Made by a program: the position numbers and the translations under genes | The notes under the pieces: generated by a model | Seen by the model: only the letters and a program-made list of their open reading frames with translations | Told to the model about the DNA's origin: nothing | Databases searched by the model: none | NCBI RefSeq assembly: GCF_002113885.1 | Contig: NW_018408705.1 | Span: forward strand, 98,139 to 162,138 | From: Mizuhopecten yessoensis | Lineage: Eukaryota | Direction: 5' to 3' | Length of the DNA stretch: 64,000 nt | Shown: one piece after another, positions 39,921 through 53,700 of the stretch | Position numbering within the stretch: the stretch's first letter is position 1 | Layout: every line of letters begins with the position of its first letter

Positions 39921-41910
39921 CTGGAAAGCGTACGTCGAACAGCATTATAAACGTAAAAAATAACCTAATAAAAACGAAAATGCTAACTTAATGATTTTCT
40001 CCAGGGATTCTCTAGAAGACTTTATCATATTCACCCCTAATCCACAGAAGCTTGGCCAGCTAGGACAATTGTAACACTATTTGTTTTCTGATAACCTGAC
40101 CAAATCTTGTTGCTATATAGGTCACCGTTGACCGTTTTGATTTCGCTCAAACTTGTACCAATTGACCAAAATTTAGACAAGATTTATTGCGGGTTTTTTC
40201 TGTTCATCCAGCAGAATCATAGAGTTTCATTGCTGCCAATTATGTTTGTATATACTGCGCAAGTAGGGTTTGTAATAAAAAGTGTTATCGGAAGCACACA
40301 GCAGCGCAAAATGCCTAATTTGGGCAGACATCTGCTAGACGTCTACAGCGAAAAATCCCCACGGGAACTGTAATATGACCGAAGTGGCGATGAAACATGA
40401 CTCGTATTGTCATATCGTTTAGTCCTGCTAAAGGTTCAAACAACTCTGACGTTTAACACAACTAATAAACCATGTTTGTCTTTCATTAAACATGTTTTTA
40501 ATGCAGTCGTCTTCAATATCATAATTTTACACGTTTATTCCTGCAATTGACCCACATTATGTGGTACATTGTACCATCAAACCTCAAAAGTTTACAAAAA
40601 TAATATATTCTAGAACATCTTGTAGTAGTATCTCCGATTGAATATTATGCTCTCTTTGTGTCTTTATAAGTAAAACAATAAAATTAGAATATTTTATTTG
40701 CACCTAAAATGCATGGAATGATGTACTTTTCAGAATCATCAATTTTTACATTGTAATTGTGGCAAGATCCATGGAGCTTAAAACATTTTTTCCTGTACAT
40801 TTAAGCCATACTCGTGAATAGAAAAAATAGCTTTATTGTAAAACGACATCCATTACTTAGCTTTAATTCATGCTAGTTTGTTTCCAAAATCCATTGTCTG
40901 GACATAAGGCAACCAACTTAATGATATGAGGAATAGAAAAAACATCAATATGACTATAATCGGCGAAACCTTGATGTCTGTGAGGTTATTTGAAAGGAAT
41001 CTATAATCGCCCCCGTCGATAAAACATGTTGCCATGTTCTCATCATATAATTTTGATTGTTATAAGCGATGCTTTCTACTACCTTCGTTTAAACGTTAGA
41101 ACAGAAAACTTTATATAAACCAACCGATACACGAGTAAGTATCTTGACCATGTAATTTAACAGCATTATAAATAATAAACAAATGCCTTCACAAATCACT
41201 TTACCTTTAAAAACTGTTTTCCTTATGACTCCTGCAACGACCGCAAACCTCAAAATTTAGTTTATTTTAAAATGATAATTTATTTAGTTCGCAGATTCGT
41301 TTGATCCAAACGTTTCATTAAAACATTAAATCGTATTATTCTGTTCAAAAGGATTATTTGGCATGATATGAATAATGAAACTGACATGAAACAGAAGGTC
41401 ATTGAATTATTTCACCGAGAGTCGTGCTTTGTTTAGCTAAGTTTGTACGGGTAACACACGACGACCCCACCAATCGACCTCGCCTACTTCTGTTCACGTC
41501 GACCAGTGATCGCAAACGAAATAGTAAATCAGGTTAGACTGTTGATTGTGTATGTATAACTACGTTAAACCTTTATACCATAGGCTGTGATTAGGTTTTC
41601 TAAAGGAAACTATATTTCAGATGTCACAAGACCAAACCGCCAGCGTTGGTCGACAAAGTTACACTGAACTACAAGCTTAAGTACTAACCCTCCGCCGTCT
41701 TCAACCCTTACTGAGCATGAGGAGTGCGCTTGCTCTTAATTATCGATTGTTTGTCTACTTGAATCTTGTCCAGTACAGGTCAAAAGTATACCTTAGTGTA
41801 ACAGTGACAGTGTCGAGTAAACGACATGTTCTATGTAATTATAATTATCGGTAACTCAGTAATTGTCTTTAAAGACTCTTATTAACGACTCTTATATCTG
41901 CCACTGGAGA

Positions 41911-42357
41911 CTTTTAGTCCCCTACCGGGGGGGGGGGGGGGGGGGGGGGTCCTGGGTCAAGGTCACCGTTACTACTTATTACTATTTATACAAAATCTGG
42001 GACAAGTTGAAGCCAGTGATGGACTGATGATCGATATATGAAAATCGAACATCGATCGATTTGTCCTGCTCGATTCCGATTATCGATAACAAATTCCATA
42101 ATCGATATAATCGGTTCATTACTGAACTTAATGTATTAAATGTGTATGTAATATACAGTATACATAGAAATTCATTTATTGTGATTTTGTTTTACAATAT
42201 GATTGATGTTAATGTCGAATAGAAACATTACATTAAAGTAAAGTACAAGCTAATTGTATACCAAAGGGCACCATTTTTATAAATCATTACAGTGTAATAG
42301 CTAGCGGGGGCCGGCAGGGAACATGTATTGCTTTAGCAATACTCCGAATGCTTGTTT
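41911..42357 (+). mobile_element. Rearranged HINE with a poly-G tract and a nested ~110-bp inverted-repeat element
   Basis: TTTTAGTCCCCTACCGG start; G-run ~41926-41949; GGTCAAGGTCAC motif; 3' CCGGCAGGGAAC plus hairpin GTATTGCT/AGCAATAC and CTTGTT end. Nested CAGTGATGGAC...GTTCATTACTG at ~42015-42124. Confidence 0.65.
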
Positions 42358-42409
42358 CTTGTGGTGCCCACAAAGTGAACAAAATACTACATTATAGAAT
42401 AATAATTAC

Positions 42410-42765
42410 TCATAATAATAATTCGAGCTACTTATATACCGCTTTATCACAACCTAATTCGTAGGTCGTCTCAAAACGGTTCACAAATTATTATCCGTGG
42501 TTTTAGGGCCTTTGCAACCAGCCAATATCTTTCTCAACTCCCTGGGAGCATACAGAGCCAGTGCTGTCATTTTGACGCTCACAGCTAGCATTCAACAATT
42601 CTAGCACTGCCCAACCACGTACTCATTTACAGCTGAGTAAACTGGAACAAGCGTAAAGTAAAGCATCTTGCTCAAAGAAACAACACAGTGCCGTGTCGTG
42701 ACTCGAACCCGCAACCATTCGGTCACGAGCCCGGCGTCCTACCACTAGACTACATGTGATTGCTC
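42410..42765 (-). mobile_element. tRNA-derived CORE-type SINE with an L2-like tail
   Basis: Minus strand: A box TAGTCTAGTGGTAGG, B box GGTTCGAGTC, CORE-like TTGAGCAAGATGCTTTAC..CAGCTGTAAATGAGTAC, tail AAAGCGGTATATAAG..TTATTATTAT. Confidence 0.8.
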
Positions 42766-45700
42766 CCATACAATTTAGGTAATATATACAATATGCCATA
42801 CACGAAGTACACTGCAATATACACCTGTTTGTCCTACTGTGACTCATTGATGATGCTTGGGGCGAAAAGGTGGAAATCCGTATTGGTCTATACTACTTTT
42901 GAAACAGAAAAATAGTTTCGTTAAAATAGGTGAAGTGTGTATATTATGAACCATATATTGTACCACAACTCAAAGGGGATAGCTGGTGCTTTCAAGGTTA
43001 CGGCAAACCTCGGGGACAAAGAGATCCGCCAACATAGTCCATTACCTTGTATCTTAAAAGATGAACGCAAGACATACCCATATTTGAATACATATGCTTA
43101 CATGTACCATTCCTTACACAGATTCTGCATTTTATAGATACAAACAATTATTTCGTCAATTGTTCTAGTCATAAACTCGGCCCCTAAAAAATACGTATTG
43201 AATATGTGTCTGATATCGTCTATTGTCTGCACAGTTTGTTGATACATTCCTGATGAATGATTGCTGTTTTTAGACACTTTTGAAATGTGATACATATTTC
43301 CTGGTAAGTTCCCTATTTTCAGAACTACTCCACTAATGAATAGTAATCCTGATATATTTTATGTCATTATAGAGCTCTAGAGCTCATTTATATTCATTAA
43401 TTGAGTATTTTATCTTTTGAAGCCAAATTAAATCTATCAAGATGTAATGCAATACATTATAACAGAGACAAAAAAAACCGTATGAGTAATATTGGGGTTT
43501 CCCAATGAGCGCTATTCAGTTGACATGACTTTCTTACTCTAGTAAGTTATTTCATTTATCTGTTACAAATATAAATGGAACAGAGCGGGACATTTCGTTT
43601 GAAAATTATAATTTTCAATTAGCCAATGAAATATATAAAACATGAAACCCGTTTATCCAACATAAGTCTGGTTTTCCTTTTTCTCCCTTATGAAATCGCC
43701 CTGACTAATTTAAACCAAGAAATGTTTAACTTTCTCGACTTCTCCTCACAACGTATTGGACCCAGCCTCTGTACTGAACATTCCTTGTTTATACAAAATG
43801 ATGACTGTTATAAATGACTTGAGAATGCAGCGTTAGCATTGATCAAACTGTTGGCCCAAATATGTTATATAAACTAGGACACGACTTCAAATAAAGTTAA
43901 AATGCACTTGTGATTAATACAAGTTGCATTGTACAAATGTGTTTAGAGATACCTCAACTAATATTACGTATTGTGCCTATCGAACTGAAATTTAAAAACA
44001 AAGACCCATAGCAAAAAGCTCGAATGTTTAAAGATACAGATACATTGTATCAACTATTTAACCATTTCTCCAATCTAATTGAAATTAAATTTTAATCGCT
44101 CCCGTTTACTGTATGTCGCGTTGAAGATATAACAACATCCCGTAAAGGGTCATGCTCAGGCGACCTCTGCATTAACCAATCAGATGAGAGCTTACGCATT
44201 TCTGTAAGTGATGATGTAATGATTTCGGAACACACTTGCTATGCTAAAAGACCGAGAGGTGTCAAATGAGCATAGAAAATGGCGGCGCTCATGACAACAC
44301 GCCGTGTCTATCTACAATATTCAAACTACCACTGGACCAGACAACGGATTTTGGGCTACGAGGTGTCTGCATTAAATGCTACAGGTCCTGATTTCTGATT
44401 GGTTGAAAGAAAGAGTTATTTCGGGTTTTAATTGGCTTGTTATAAATACAAAATGTATTCATGTTGACGTCTGACGTGACCCTCTATGGGATATTGTTAG
44501 ATCTTCAACGCGACATATCAGTAAACGGGAGCGATGTGAAGATATAATTTTAATTAGATTGCCATTTCTCGGGACATTCCAATTTCGCCCTCCCGCTCCC
44601 ACTCCCCAGTATGCTATACAGCAACTGTTAGGCAATGTGAAAATCATGTCCATCCTACAGTTAGGGAAAACCCTACTGTAGTTTGGATTTGCAGCGGTAT
44701 ATCGTGATTAATTGAGTTTTACTGCTGTGCAGAGACTGTTTAATCACGACATACCGACGCAAATCTCAAAATAAAGATATCCCCATTCATATCTGATAAA
44801 TCCACAGAAAGAAACTATTATCTAAGGCTTTTTCCAAATTTCTTGATAACTCTTCGTTGACGTTCTAAGTTTTTAACATTTACAGTGAGGTTGAATGAAA
44901 TTGGCTTTTCGTGACGTCATTTCTAGTTTAATTCATAACATATCGGAGACATTAACGTCCCAAACAGTCATCAACTTTATATGCACATTAGAAATTCGTG
45001 TGTTCCTAATTAATATTTCAATTTACCAATCAAAAACAATGCTACGTCTTGAATGAATTAAAAGATTGGATGACAAGTCTGAAATTTCTCATGCTTAACC
45101 TATGATAAATCTGGACTAAGGATAACGCTGGTATATAAACAACTCTCCTTTCGTTCTGTTTTGTAGAACAGTAATATCTAACATTGAAAAAGTCCGTGTG
45201 GGTATTTTATTTACGACGGTGCATAACACTATCATTCATTATATCATATTGTAATATGTAACGGTACACAATTTCCAGCCATTTCATGTATTGATTTAAA
45301 ACTAATGGCATGTTGCCGTAACACAAAGTTGATAATGTTCCAAATAATGTTTTGTTTTCAACCTTACAAAATTGAATTTTATTGTTTTTTTGTTCATGTT
45401 TTTTTTCGTTCTGCTTAAATATCTTTGGGGAAAATAGACAGAAATATACATACATGTAATAAAATAAAACATTACCGATTCCAATATCAAGGGGATATTC
45501 AATACAGACTTGGCGAGGTATTGAATGAAAACGCCAAAAGTGCATTTTAATAGCGTGAAGAACGAGTTGGAAAAGGCGCTTGGTCATACATTTGTAAGGA
45601 CAAAAAATACCTCAGGAACTATTAAACGCATCCCTGTACTTATATATAATACAAGTCAAGCTTAAAACCGTTTCTATGAATGTAATTTAATTTAATTATA

Positions 45701-48303
45701 ACGCAAGCAGTAGATGATCATCTTAAAGCTTTTACTTCGAAATGCCTACTATTGGAATTTACAACTTCATCAATTAGATGCAATAATATATTAAGATTAA
45801 CATCTGTTCTCCTGTGATTTATAGACAAGACGGTGTGCTTTGCGCACCTACTATATTATGATTCGTTATTGTACATATAATATGCTATTAATCAAGCTCG
45901 AACATTTATTAATTACTTTTTTTTTTACAAAAGATATAGCGACTGCCAACATATAATACCTTCCTTACAACATGTTATTGTCCTGAACTTCTTCATGAAT
46001 CTTTATCATAGATACAATACATTGTATTTTTAACAAGACAACAGCATTCATCAAATATCACAAACATATGAATGATGCATGTCTTTTCTGTCCAAAACAA
46101 AGATTGAGGAAATTTTGAAGTTGAAGCAATGTTTTGTTTTTTTATCTCTAAAAGAAAACTATTATGGCTTGTCCTCTTTGGTCCCCGAGGGCTCATAATT
46201 ATGTTCTAGATACCCTTGAAGCGTTATACCGGGTATCCATTTGTTTCGTTCGTTTTTCTCGTAATGCATTAATTTAAGGATTAAAATTATAAAATACTAT
46301 TACCGGTTATACAATGTTGGCTAAAAAAGAAAAAAAGACAATACAAAAAAAGTGATGACGTCAGATTGCACAATGTTTGACGCAGTTATGATAATTTAAC
46401 GTCTGATTGGTAGGAGTTGTTTTGCCATAAAACTGTTTTATTTTAAATGATTTTTGTATTTACAAAAAAAAAAAAAAAGAAGTTTAATTTTAATTTTAAA
46501 ACATCTCAACTGATTAAATACATGTTAACTTCAATAAACTATCGGTAAGTACATGCCCTCTATGCCCATTGCTTCTTAATAAGAAATTTATGAAGACTGA
46601 TTTTTAATAAAAGAAATATAAGGCATTTTTTCTCGACTCAAGCCCAGGTACATGCACTGTACCATAGCGATGAAATATATCGATTTCAAGCGTTGATTTA
46701 GAAATGTTTGTTTAGGAAAACATTAAGCAAAGTTTTGTTGCGGGGAAAATGTTGTCGGAAAGCTTTTCTTGTCAAAGGCAGGATAGCAGATATGATTACA
46801 GGCATACCAATTATAAGTTACACTACTTGGCGACATCGTAATGGTTGGATCCGAGACGAGCATTAACGATACCGACATAGGGTGAGGTACTTAGTATATG
46901 TCTACAGGACTAGCTGTTTACGTCCGAACAGACAAGACATGTTCATATCTTAAAACATTGACCTACCCAAAACCTATTATTGTGGTATGTAAGTTGGATA
47001 AAATAGCAGCCAAATGTTTTAAGTTATTTTTGGCTAACCAATGCTCTGTAACGTCCTGTTGGTTTCTTTATTTTTTTCAAACTTTTGTCAAACCTTATAA
47101 TGAACAATACTGTGGTTAATACTGACAATTTAGGGCCAAAATTACGTAATGGTATAAAATGTCTCCTTAAGGAGTGGCATCGCAGACCATGCTTAGTATA
47201 AAGGCATGTCGTCCTTAAGACTAGCATGAGAGCTTGCCTTTAGCGTGTGTCTGCTGTTTCCAAGTATAACATAAGGCAAACCAACGTTTATGACGCATTA
47301 GGCCACGGGGAGTGTCTATAAGAACACAGCGTGGTATCCGTCATTTGGCGCCATTATAACATGGCGTGTGTCATGTCCTTCGATCCCTCGAGTAGGTACC
47401 TCTTCCCAAAGGACACACATTTTGACACAGATTGCCAGACTGTTGAGACGAAACCTAGGTAAGTTCGTGCAGTTCCTTTTTTCAATTTCCTTCTGAAATA
47501 ACTCTTTGCTACATCTCTTGAAAAGAAATCATTTCCTTCCAGTTCCGGTACAACGCGAAGCCATTGGTAAACAGCCATTACATGTTCTTCCGCTGATACT
47601 AAACTTGCGCCGAAAACGTTTAAAATTTCGTCGGCACGACGTGTTTATTAACTTGTGACCTGTTGTCTGAAAATAATATTTGTAATTATGTGTAAGTCTG
47701 AAAATTACATAAAATGTATTCTTGTTCCTGACCAGACATACAGGTACCACTTGGTTGAGGCTGTTTTAATGTCATCGAGGAAATTAGGTGATCCAATATG
47801 TATAAAATCTGTAGACATTTTACCAGCATAAAGTTACATATAACATTCCATTCATCAAAATTCATGTAACTTTACTTCACAACAAATGTCGCAAACAAAA
47901 CAACACGTAACATATCTCGTGTAAGCTTGGATTACATTTAGTGCGAAGGTATTTATAGGCATACATGTATATGTAAAATTCAAATGTACCAGTAGTTTAT
48001 TACTAGCCAGATAAAATGCAGCATATATTCTATTGTCTGATATAGTTACATGTATGTGTCATTAGATCATTCTATTGTTGTCTTCTTCGGATGTCAGGTC
48101 AAATGCTTAGAGTTATTAGAAGATACATATTAAAGCTAGAAAAAACGACACATAGTGTCAATAGATATCAGGTATTAGTCTTATAAGGACTCCTGTCAGA
48201 TCGAGATTTCAGTTAGAAAGACTTTTTATCGTGTTATATATTAAATCATAGTATAACATATCAGGTTTTCATGACAACCGTTACAATTCTTTAGAGTAGA
48301 TTG

Positions 48304-48986
48304 GTAGATTGATTTGCTTGTTTGTTTGTTTGTTTAATTTTGTTTAACGTCCTATAATCTGCTAAGGTTATTTAAGGACGGCCTCCCCTGTGTGCAAGAT
48401 ACATGCGTGTAGTGTATGCGTGTGTATTTTGGGAGACTGCGATATGTTCGTGTTTGTCTCCTTGTGATAGCGCGGAACTGATGCCGACTTTATAGTGCTA
48501 CCTCACTGAAACATATTGCCGAACACACCCAGCAGGACGCCCCACCCGGTCACATTATACTGACAACGGGCAAACCAGTCGTCCCACTCCTACTTTGTTG
48601 AGCGTTAAGCAGGAGTATAAACTACGACTTTGGTATGTCTCGACCAGGGGACAGAACCCAAAGCCTTCCTTACAGCCTCTCCATTCCCACCATTCCTATT
48701 TCTCTCAAGACGCTCTATTTTGATGGCTTCTAAGACGTAAGTGAGACTTGTTTATGGTGTTATTCAACAACCGTAATAAATAATTTAATAGCTGTTGAAT
48801 CAATCGTTAACCTCCCCTATGGCCCCTTCACAAATGGCCAAAAATGAGGCATTGTCAAGGGAGACATTAGGAAGAAGAAAGTTATTTAGATAGGAGAGAA
48901 GAGATAAGGTCCGAAATTTAGTCGCCTCTTACGATCATGCAATTGGGGGCAGCAGGTGCAATTCTTACGCCCTACCTGCAGGATCA
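48304..48986 (-). mobile_element. Full-length composite Meta-type SINE with a 5' extension
   Basis: 12-bp TSD TAGAGTAGATTG at 48292-48303 and 48987-48998; (AAAC)n tail; Meta-like core; B box GGGTTCTGTCCC; 5' end near CCTGCAGG. Confidence 0.9.
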
Positions 48987-50631
48987 TAGAGTAGATTGAA
49001 GCATCACCTGTAGGAAACCTTGGTTACCATACATCACTTATCGATATGACGCTTCTATCCATTGAAAGGTGTCATACACTGTAGGGGTAACAGTTTTAAG
49101 CTGAAACAGTTTCATAAATTGTAATTTTAATTTAAAAACTAATAGGAGATGAATAGAAGAGGGCAATCGCTGTTGCATTTGCAATGATTTTAATTCAAGC
49201 CAAATAATAAAAACGAAATGTTTATTATAATATCTAAAATGTTACTAAAACATGATCAATATAGAAAGCTATTTGAATACTCTTGATCATAGAACGCGCC
49301 TTCTTGTTTTCATCATGTTAAAATACTGACAACATTCCCCACACTTCTATTGTTTATTATCTTTCGGAAACACAAATTTTGAGCGTGTGCGTGTTTTCAT
49401 TATATTAAAGTGATTACATGTCAACAGTTCTTTTTCCTCTTTTGTATTTTATTACTAGGCGTGATTTCAGTAAGACTAGCACGACTTGGTTGTGTACTGA
49501 TGATGCACGTGCGTGAAGTCATGGTTACTGCACTCTTCGCGACATTTAATTATTGTGTTCTTTACAGATGTGTCATGATTAATTTTACCAAATTACATTG
49601 AAAATTAATAAGAGATTGATGTTTGAATCGGGCACTTGTTGATTGAGGATTTTTTTGTTGTGTTTGATGTCAAGAAATTAATACAACGATGAGTGTTATT
49701 CTCGAAAAGCAATATAGCGAAGCGATATCCTTTAACTAGCACAATAGCGGGGAGAAGCCGTAAGGACAACCAAATGTGTATACCGCTTCATCTCAATGTT
49801 GGGGAACATTGCTATGTTAGGCTGCATTGCTAGGGATACATATCTCAACGTTATAGAGCTATGCTGTAAACGGGTAAGTTCCAGCAAAACTTATATTAAA
49901 AAAGGAGAGAAAATTGCTGTATTCGGGTGTACAAATGTACTGTCAGCAAAACGTGTATCGCGATTTTCATCGCAATATCATAGAATTGTGTCTTAGTTGG
50001 CTTTATTGGTCATGTACACAATTTCCCCAGTGAAACCAAGTTTCATCTCAATGATTAAGAACATTGCTAGTTGACAAATATTACTTGAGATACATGTATC
50101 CCGATTTTCATTTCAATGTCATAGAATAATGCTATGCCAAGGCAACCGATGTACTCATTTACACCTAAGAGTAATGTTTTTGGATGCCTTTTTTTTCAAA
50201 AACGCGTAAACCAGGTTTCACTTCAAATTTAATGAAGAAACATATGGTGTGTTATCTTGATTCCTTTCACACATGCTTTTTTTTAATGGTAACAATAATG
50301 TTTTGCTGAGAATACATCTATATTTGAATTTATTTCAATGCTTAGAAATAACGCTGTAGTTAGCTGTATTGGCATTAATATTTAAATGAAGTACTACAGA
50401 AAATGTCCTCGGAAATGTGAAAGGTTTTGAGCGAATTGGGTCGATGATATGTCGTAATATTTTTATTCTTGTGATAGTAAAGTTCGGTTATATATCAAAT
50501 CCGTGTTGCGTAAAACTAGAGACAAACTATTCGAAGATGGTATTAAACTAGAGGAGGTTAACGGTTGATTCAACAGCTATTAAATTATTTATTACGGTTA
50601 TTGAATAACACCATAAACAAGTCTCACTTAC

Positions 50632-50754
50632 GTCTTAGAAGCCATCAAAATAGAGCGTCTTGAGAGAAATAGGAATGGTGGGAATGGAGAGGCTGTAACA
50701 GGCTCTTTGTAATGCACCGGTGACGATCTTGAAGACGTCAGAGAGCCTTCATAA
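50632..50754 (-). CDS. Candidate 123-nt internal exon of unknown product (YEGSLTSSRSSPVHYKEPVTASPFPPFLFLSRRSILMASK)
   Basis: Acceptor TTTCACTGTTTAG, donor GTAAGT, length divisible by 3, and only one frame open. Confidence 0.3.
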
Positions 50755-53700
50755 CTAAACAGTGAAATAAAGGACTCTTCAACAGCTAAACAAGAAGATT
50801 GCGTAACAGTATTGGAAAGTGAAACGCCCGCGTTACAAGAAGCTTGATAGAGAGACGCCAGTGTCCCAGTCGGTTAAGTAAGAGATCCGCCAGCCCGCTT
50901 CAATCATTAGTGGCCATTCTTCTCCCGCCAGGCAGTTCTGTCAATAATGACGGTTATATATCTGAATCTCTGAGACGTTTGACAAATATCAGCCATTCTC
51001 GGGGGACAAGACAATAACTGACACAAACAAGCCGTAACACGTCACAGGGAGTTTAAGATTATCTTAGAAGAGATGACCTTTATTAGCGAAAATGCTAAGT
51101 GCCCAGATGCGCAAACGTTCTGGTTGGGTTTTGAATGGTGTTTGCTGTCTACCTACACGCGTGCACATGCACTTCAGAAGTAAAATTGTATATTAAATTT
51201 GACGGATGATGAATAATGGTAATGTACTACGAACATCGTAAAATAATATCAGCTAATAACGGCTAGGTTTTGAGAAGTATTACCCGGAAATTACCTTCAT
51301 GTTTCTTTGAATCAGATAAAGGAATGTGCTTGTAACTGGGTTCGTCTAAAACGTGATTGTTTGGTTATTTGTATATTATTATCCGTCGTTGTTTCTTACC
51401 CAGGTATAATGACATACAGTGCAGTCTATTTATCTATTCAGGTATTGCGTCACATAGAACATTGTACATGTATGTGATGGAACTCATGCTTGGTTGCCTG
51501 GCTGTCATGTATAAAATTGTAATGCTTTATTACATGCATCATGAAAGATATACCGGGGTTGATAAGATGAAAAACACATGTAATTCCCAGAACTAATCGA
51601 AACTGAAGTTACTGATTCCAAAAAGTTTTCTGAGTATCTGATCCAAACCCAAATATTAAAATGTCCTCTAGCGCTTGTTTTACAGAGCTATAAAGGAACA
51701 CACAGAGCCAGAAAGATATGAGGACGAGAACATCTATACATTTCACTGCTCTCTATGGTTCTATAAAGTCGCAGTTACTGATTACATAGAGTTTATTGTA
51801 TCGAGCACCTTGTTTGTCTGAAATGTAAAATGGTTTAGAGTTTTGACGTGGTGACCTTTATATATATATCCTTTTCATGTAATGGATATAGCTTAATGGT
51901 TGCGTTTAAGGTCTTGCTAGACAAGTTAGACATAATTCCTTCGGATCCGATTTTATAAAAAAAGTAAATCATGACTTGCATCTAAATATGTATTTATGCG
52001 TGAGGTACCTTATTAAGCCCGGTTAGACTTAACCCAGTACAGTGGTACAACAGCCTCCTTTCGTTTCGGTTAATTAGATGTTTTACAATTTATACTTATT
52101 GAAACTGAGCATCAATAACACTATAATGACAGAACTATCACGTTTTGTTCATAAACAAAAAATGCATATTTCAATGAAGTAAGCATTAACGGTAAGCTAC
52201 CAGGCAACAACAACAGAAAGGAAATAAGATAGTGAATTACTGAAGTCTTAAAAGGATAGTTTAATTCACCAGTTCACTGTGGCGATAGATTATCCTGCCC
52301 AGTCAGGCTGTCCGATCCTACACAATAGCTTTCTCCGTGCATCTTTGAAATCGGCGAAGTTGGACAAGAAGAGCTAATAAAATCAATTGCGCGGCCCTAC
52401 AGAGGATGAAGAGATCAGAAGCGAAAGTGAGTGTTATTAGTCGGAGCTGACAGAGACTGGAGCAGCTAGTCATCCCCCTGTCATCCATTACGTCTATCAA
52501 TCGCGGTGTCGATAGGCCTGCATGTTCCCGTGCAGTGGCGAAGCAGATCCGCTCACGTGTAGATGATTTGTTTTAATAATCCATTGATAACACACGTCCA
52601 ATACACAAACCAATTTGTGTACATGTCAACTTAATTCATTCATATATCAAATACTCCATTCATCAAAACCACTGCCTTATTACGATGTTGACAACCACAC
52701 GATTTTGTATCTACGACTGTCAATAATGATTTACGAATCTTTGCTTAACGATATTTTCTCATAGATAACATTGGACATAGCTCAAGCATTTACTCCATTA
52801 ATTGATGTATTTATTTACTTCATTCGATAAATATAACGCTTGATAACATTCAAACATTTCTGATTCCGTCTTTTACAACTCTTTATAATAAAATAAAACA
52901 AACAAACAAAATAATGCATGGTAAATGTATATACAGGTTAGAGAAATAATTTCAATAGTGCGGAAATATATGGCTGTCAAATTGTAGGAGCAATCTGTTC
53001 CTTTTTCAAGTCGCTTGCAAAGGATTACAAGGAAGTATCCAGACCGCATCGTTGATTGTTTTTGTTCACGAATGAACCTGTTTTTTCTCTACAAATATGT
53101 GTATAAAGGTGTGTGTAAACGGTGAAAAGGAGATTGAAAAAATACCGGAAAATTTTGAGCATAAAGAAAGATGCTAAAGCTGGAAACGAGCCCTGTCACT
53201 CAGGAGAATCTATAACAACGAATCGTCAAATGGCAATACAATTTATGAAATCCTTCGAAATGACTTGTATATGGTATATGCATGGTAAATATCTATTCCT
53301 TTAGAGGATGTATACTAAAGTTTTGTAACGTATGAGAAATAAGTACATAAAAGTGAACGAAATGGCAGAAGTATTTAACACACTGTCTCCAGGGCTGCGG
53401 TTTTAAAGGTTGGTGATCCGAAATCTTTCCTTTGTGCAGGTCAGACAATGATCTTTGGCAACCACCTGCATGATTTTTCAATTATTGCTAGGCATATTGA
53501 ACTACCCTGCCATTGGGAAATCTTGTTTGTTCTGTCTTATTTGAAGCGGTGGTCGATTATGGTTTTTAATGCCGTGCTAGTCTCAGCAATTTACTGCATA
53601 TTGTTTGTTTTTCATGTTATCAGATTTAATTACACATTCACACTACATCTGCGTGGTAGTGTTAGTGTCAGTATTATGTGGTGCCCTTTGCCTCTCATTT

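Noticed and set aside
40092-41537. Possible transposon with TAACCTGA termini
   Set aside because: The inverted match is short and imperfect, with no TSD.
41926-41949. Poly-G tract as a functional G-quadruplex
   Set aside because: It lies within a HINE, and homopolymer length may be a sequencing artefact.
50636-50983. Protein-like plus-strand frame
   Set aside because: About six stops in ~115 codons, no better than chance.
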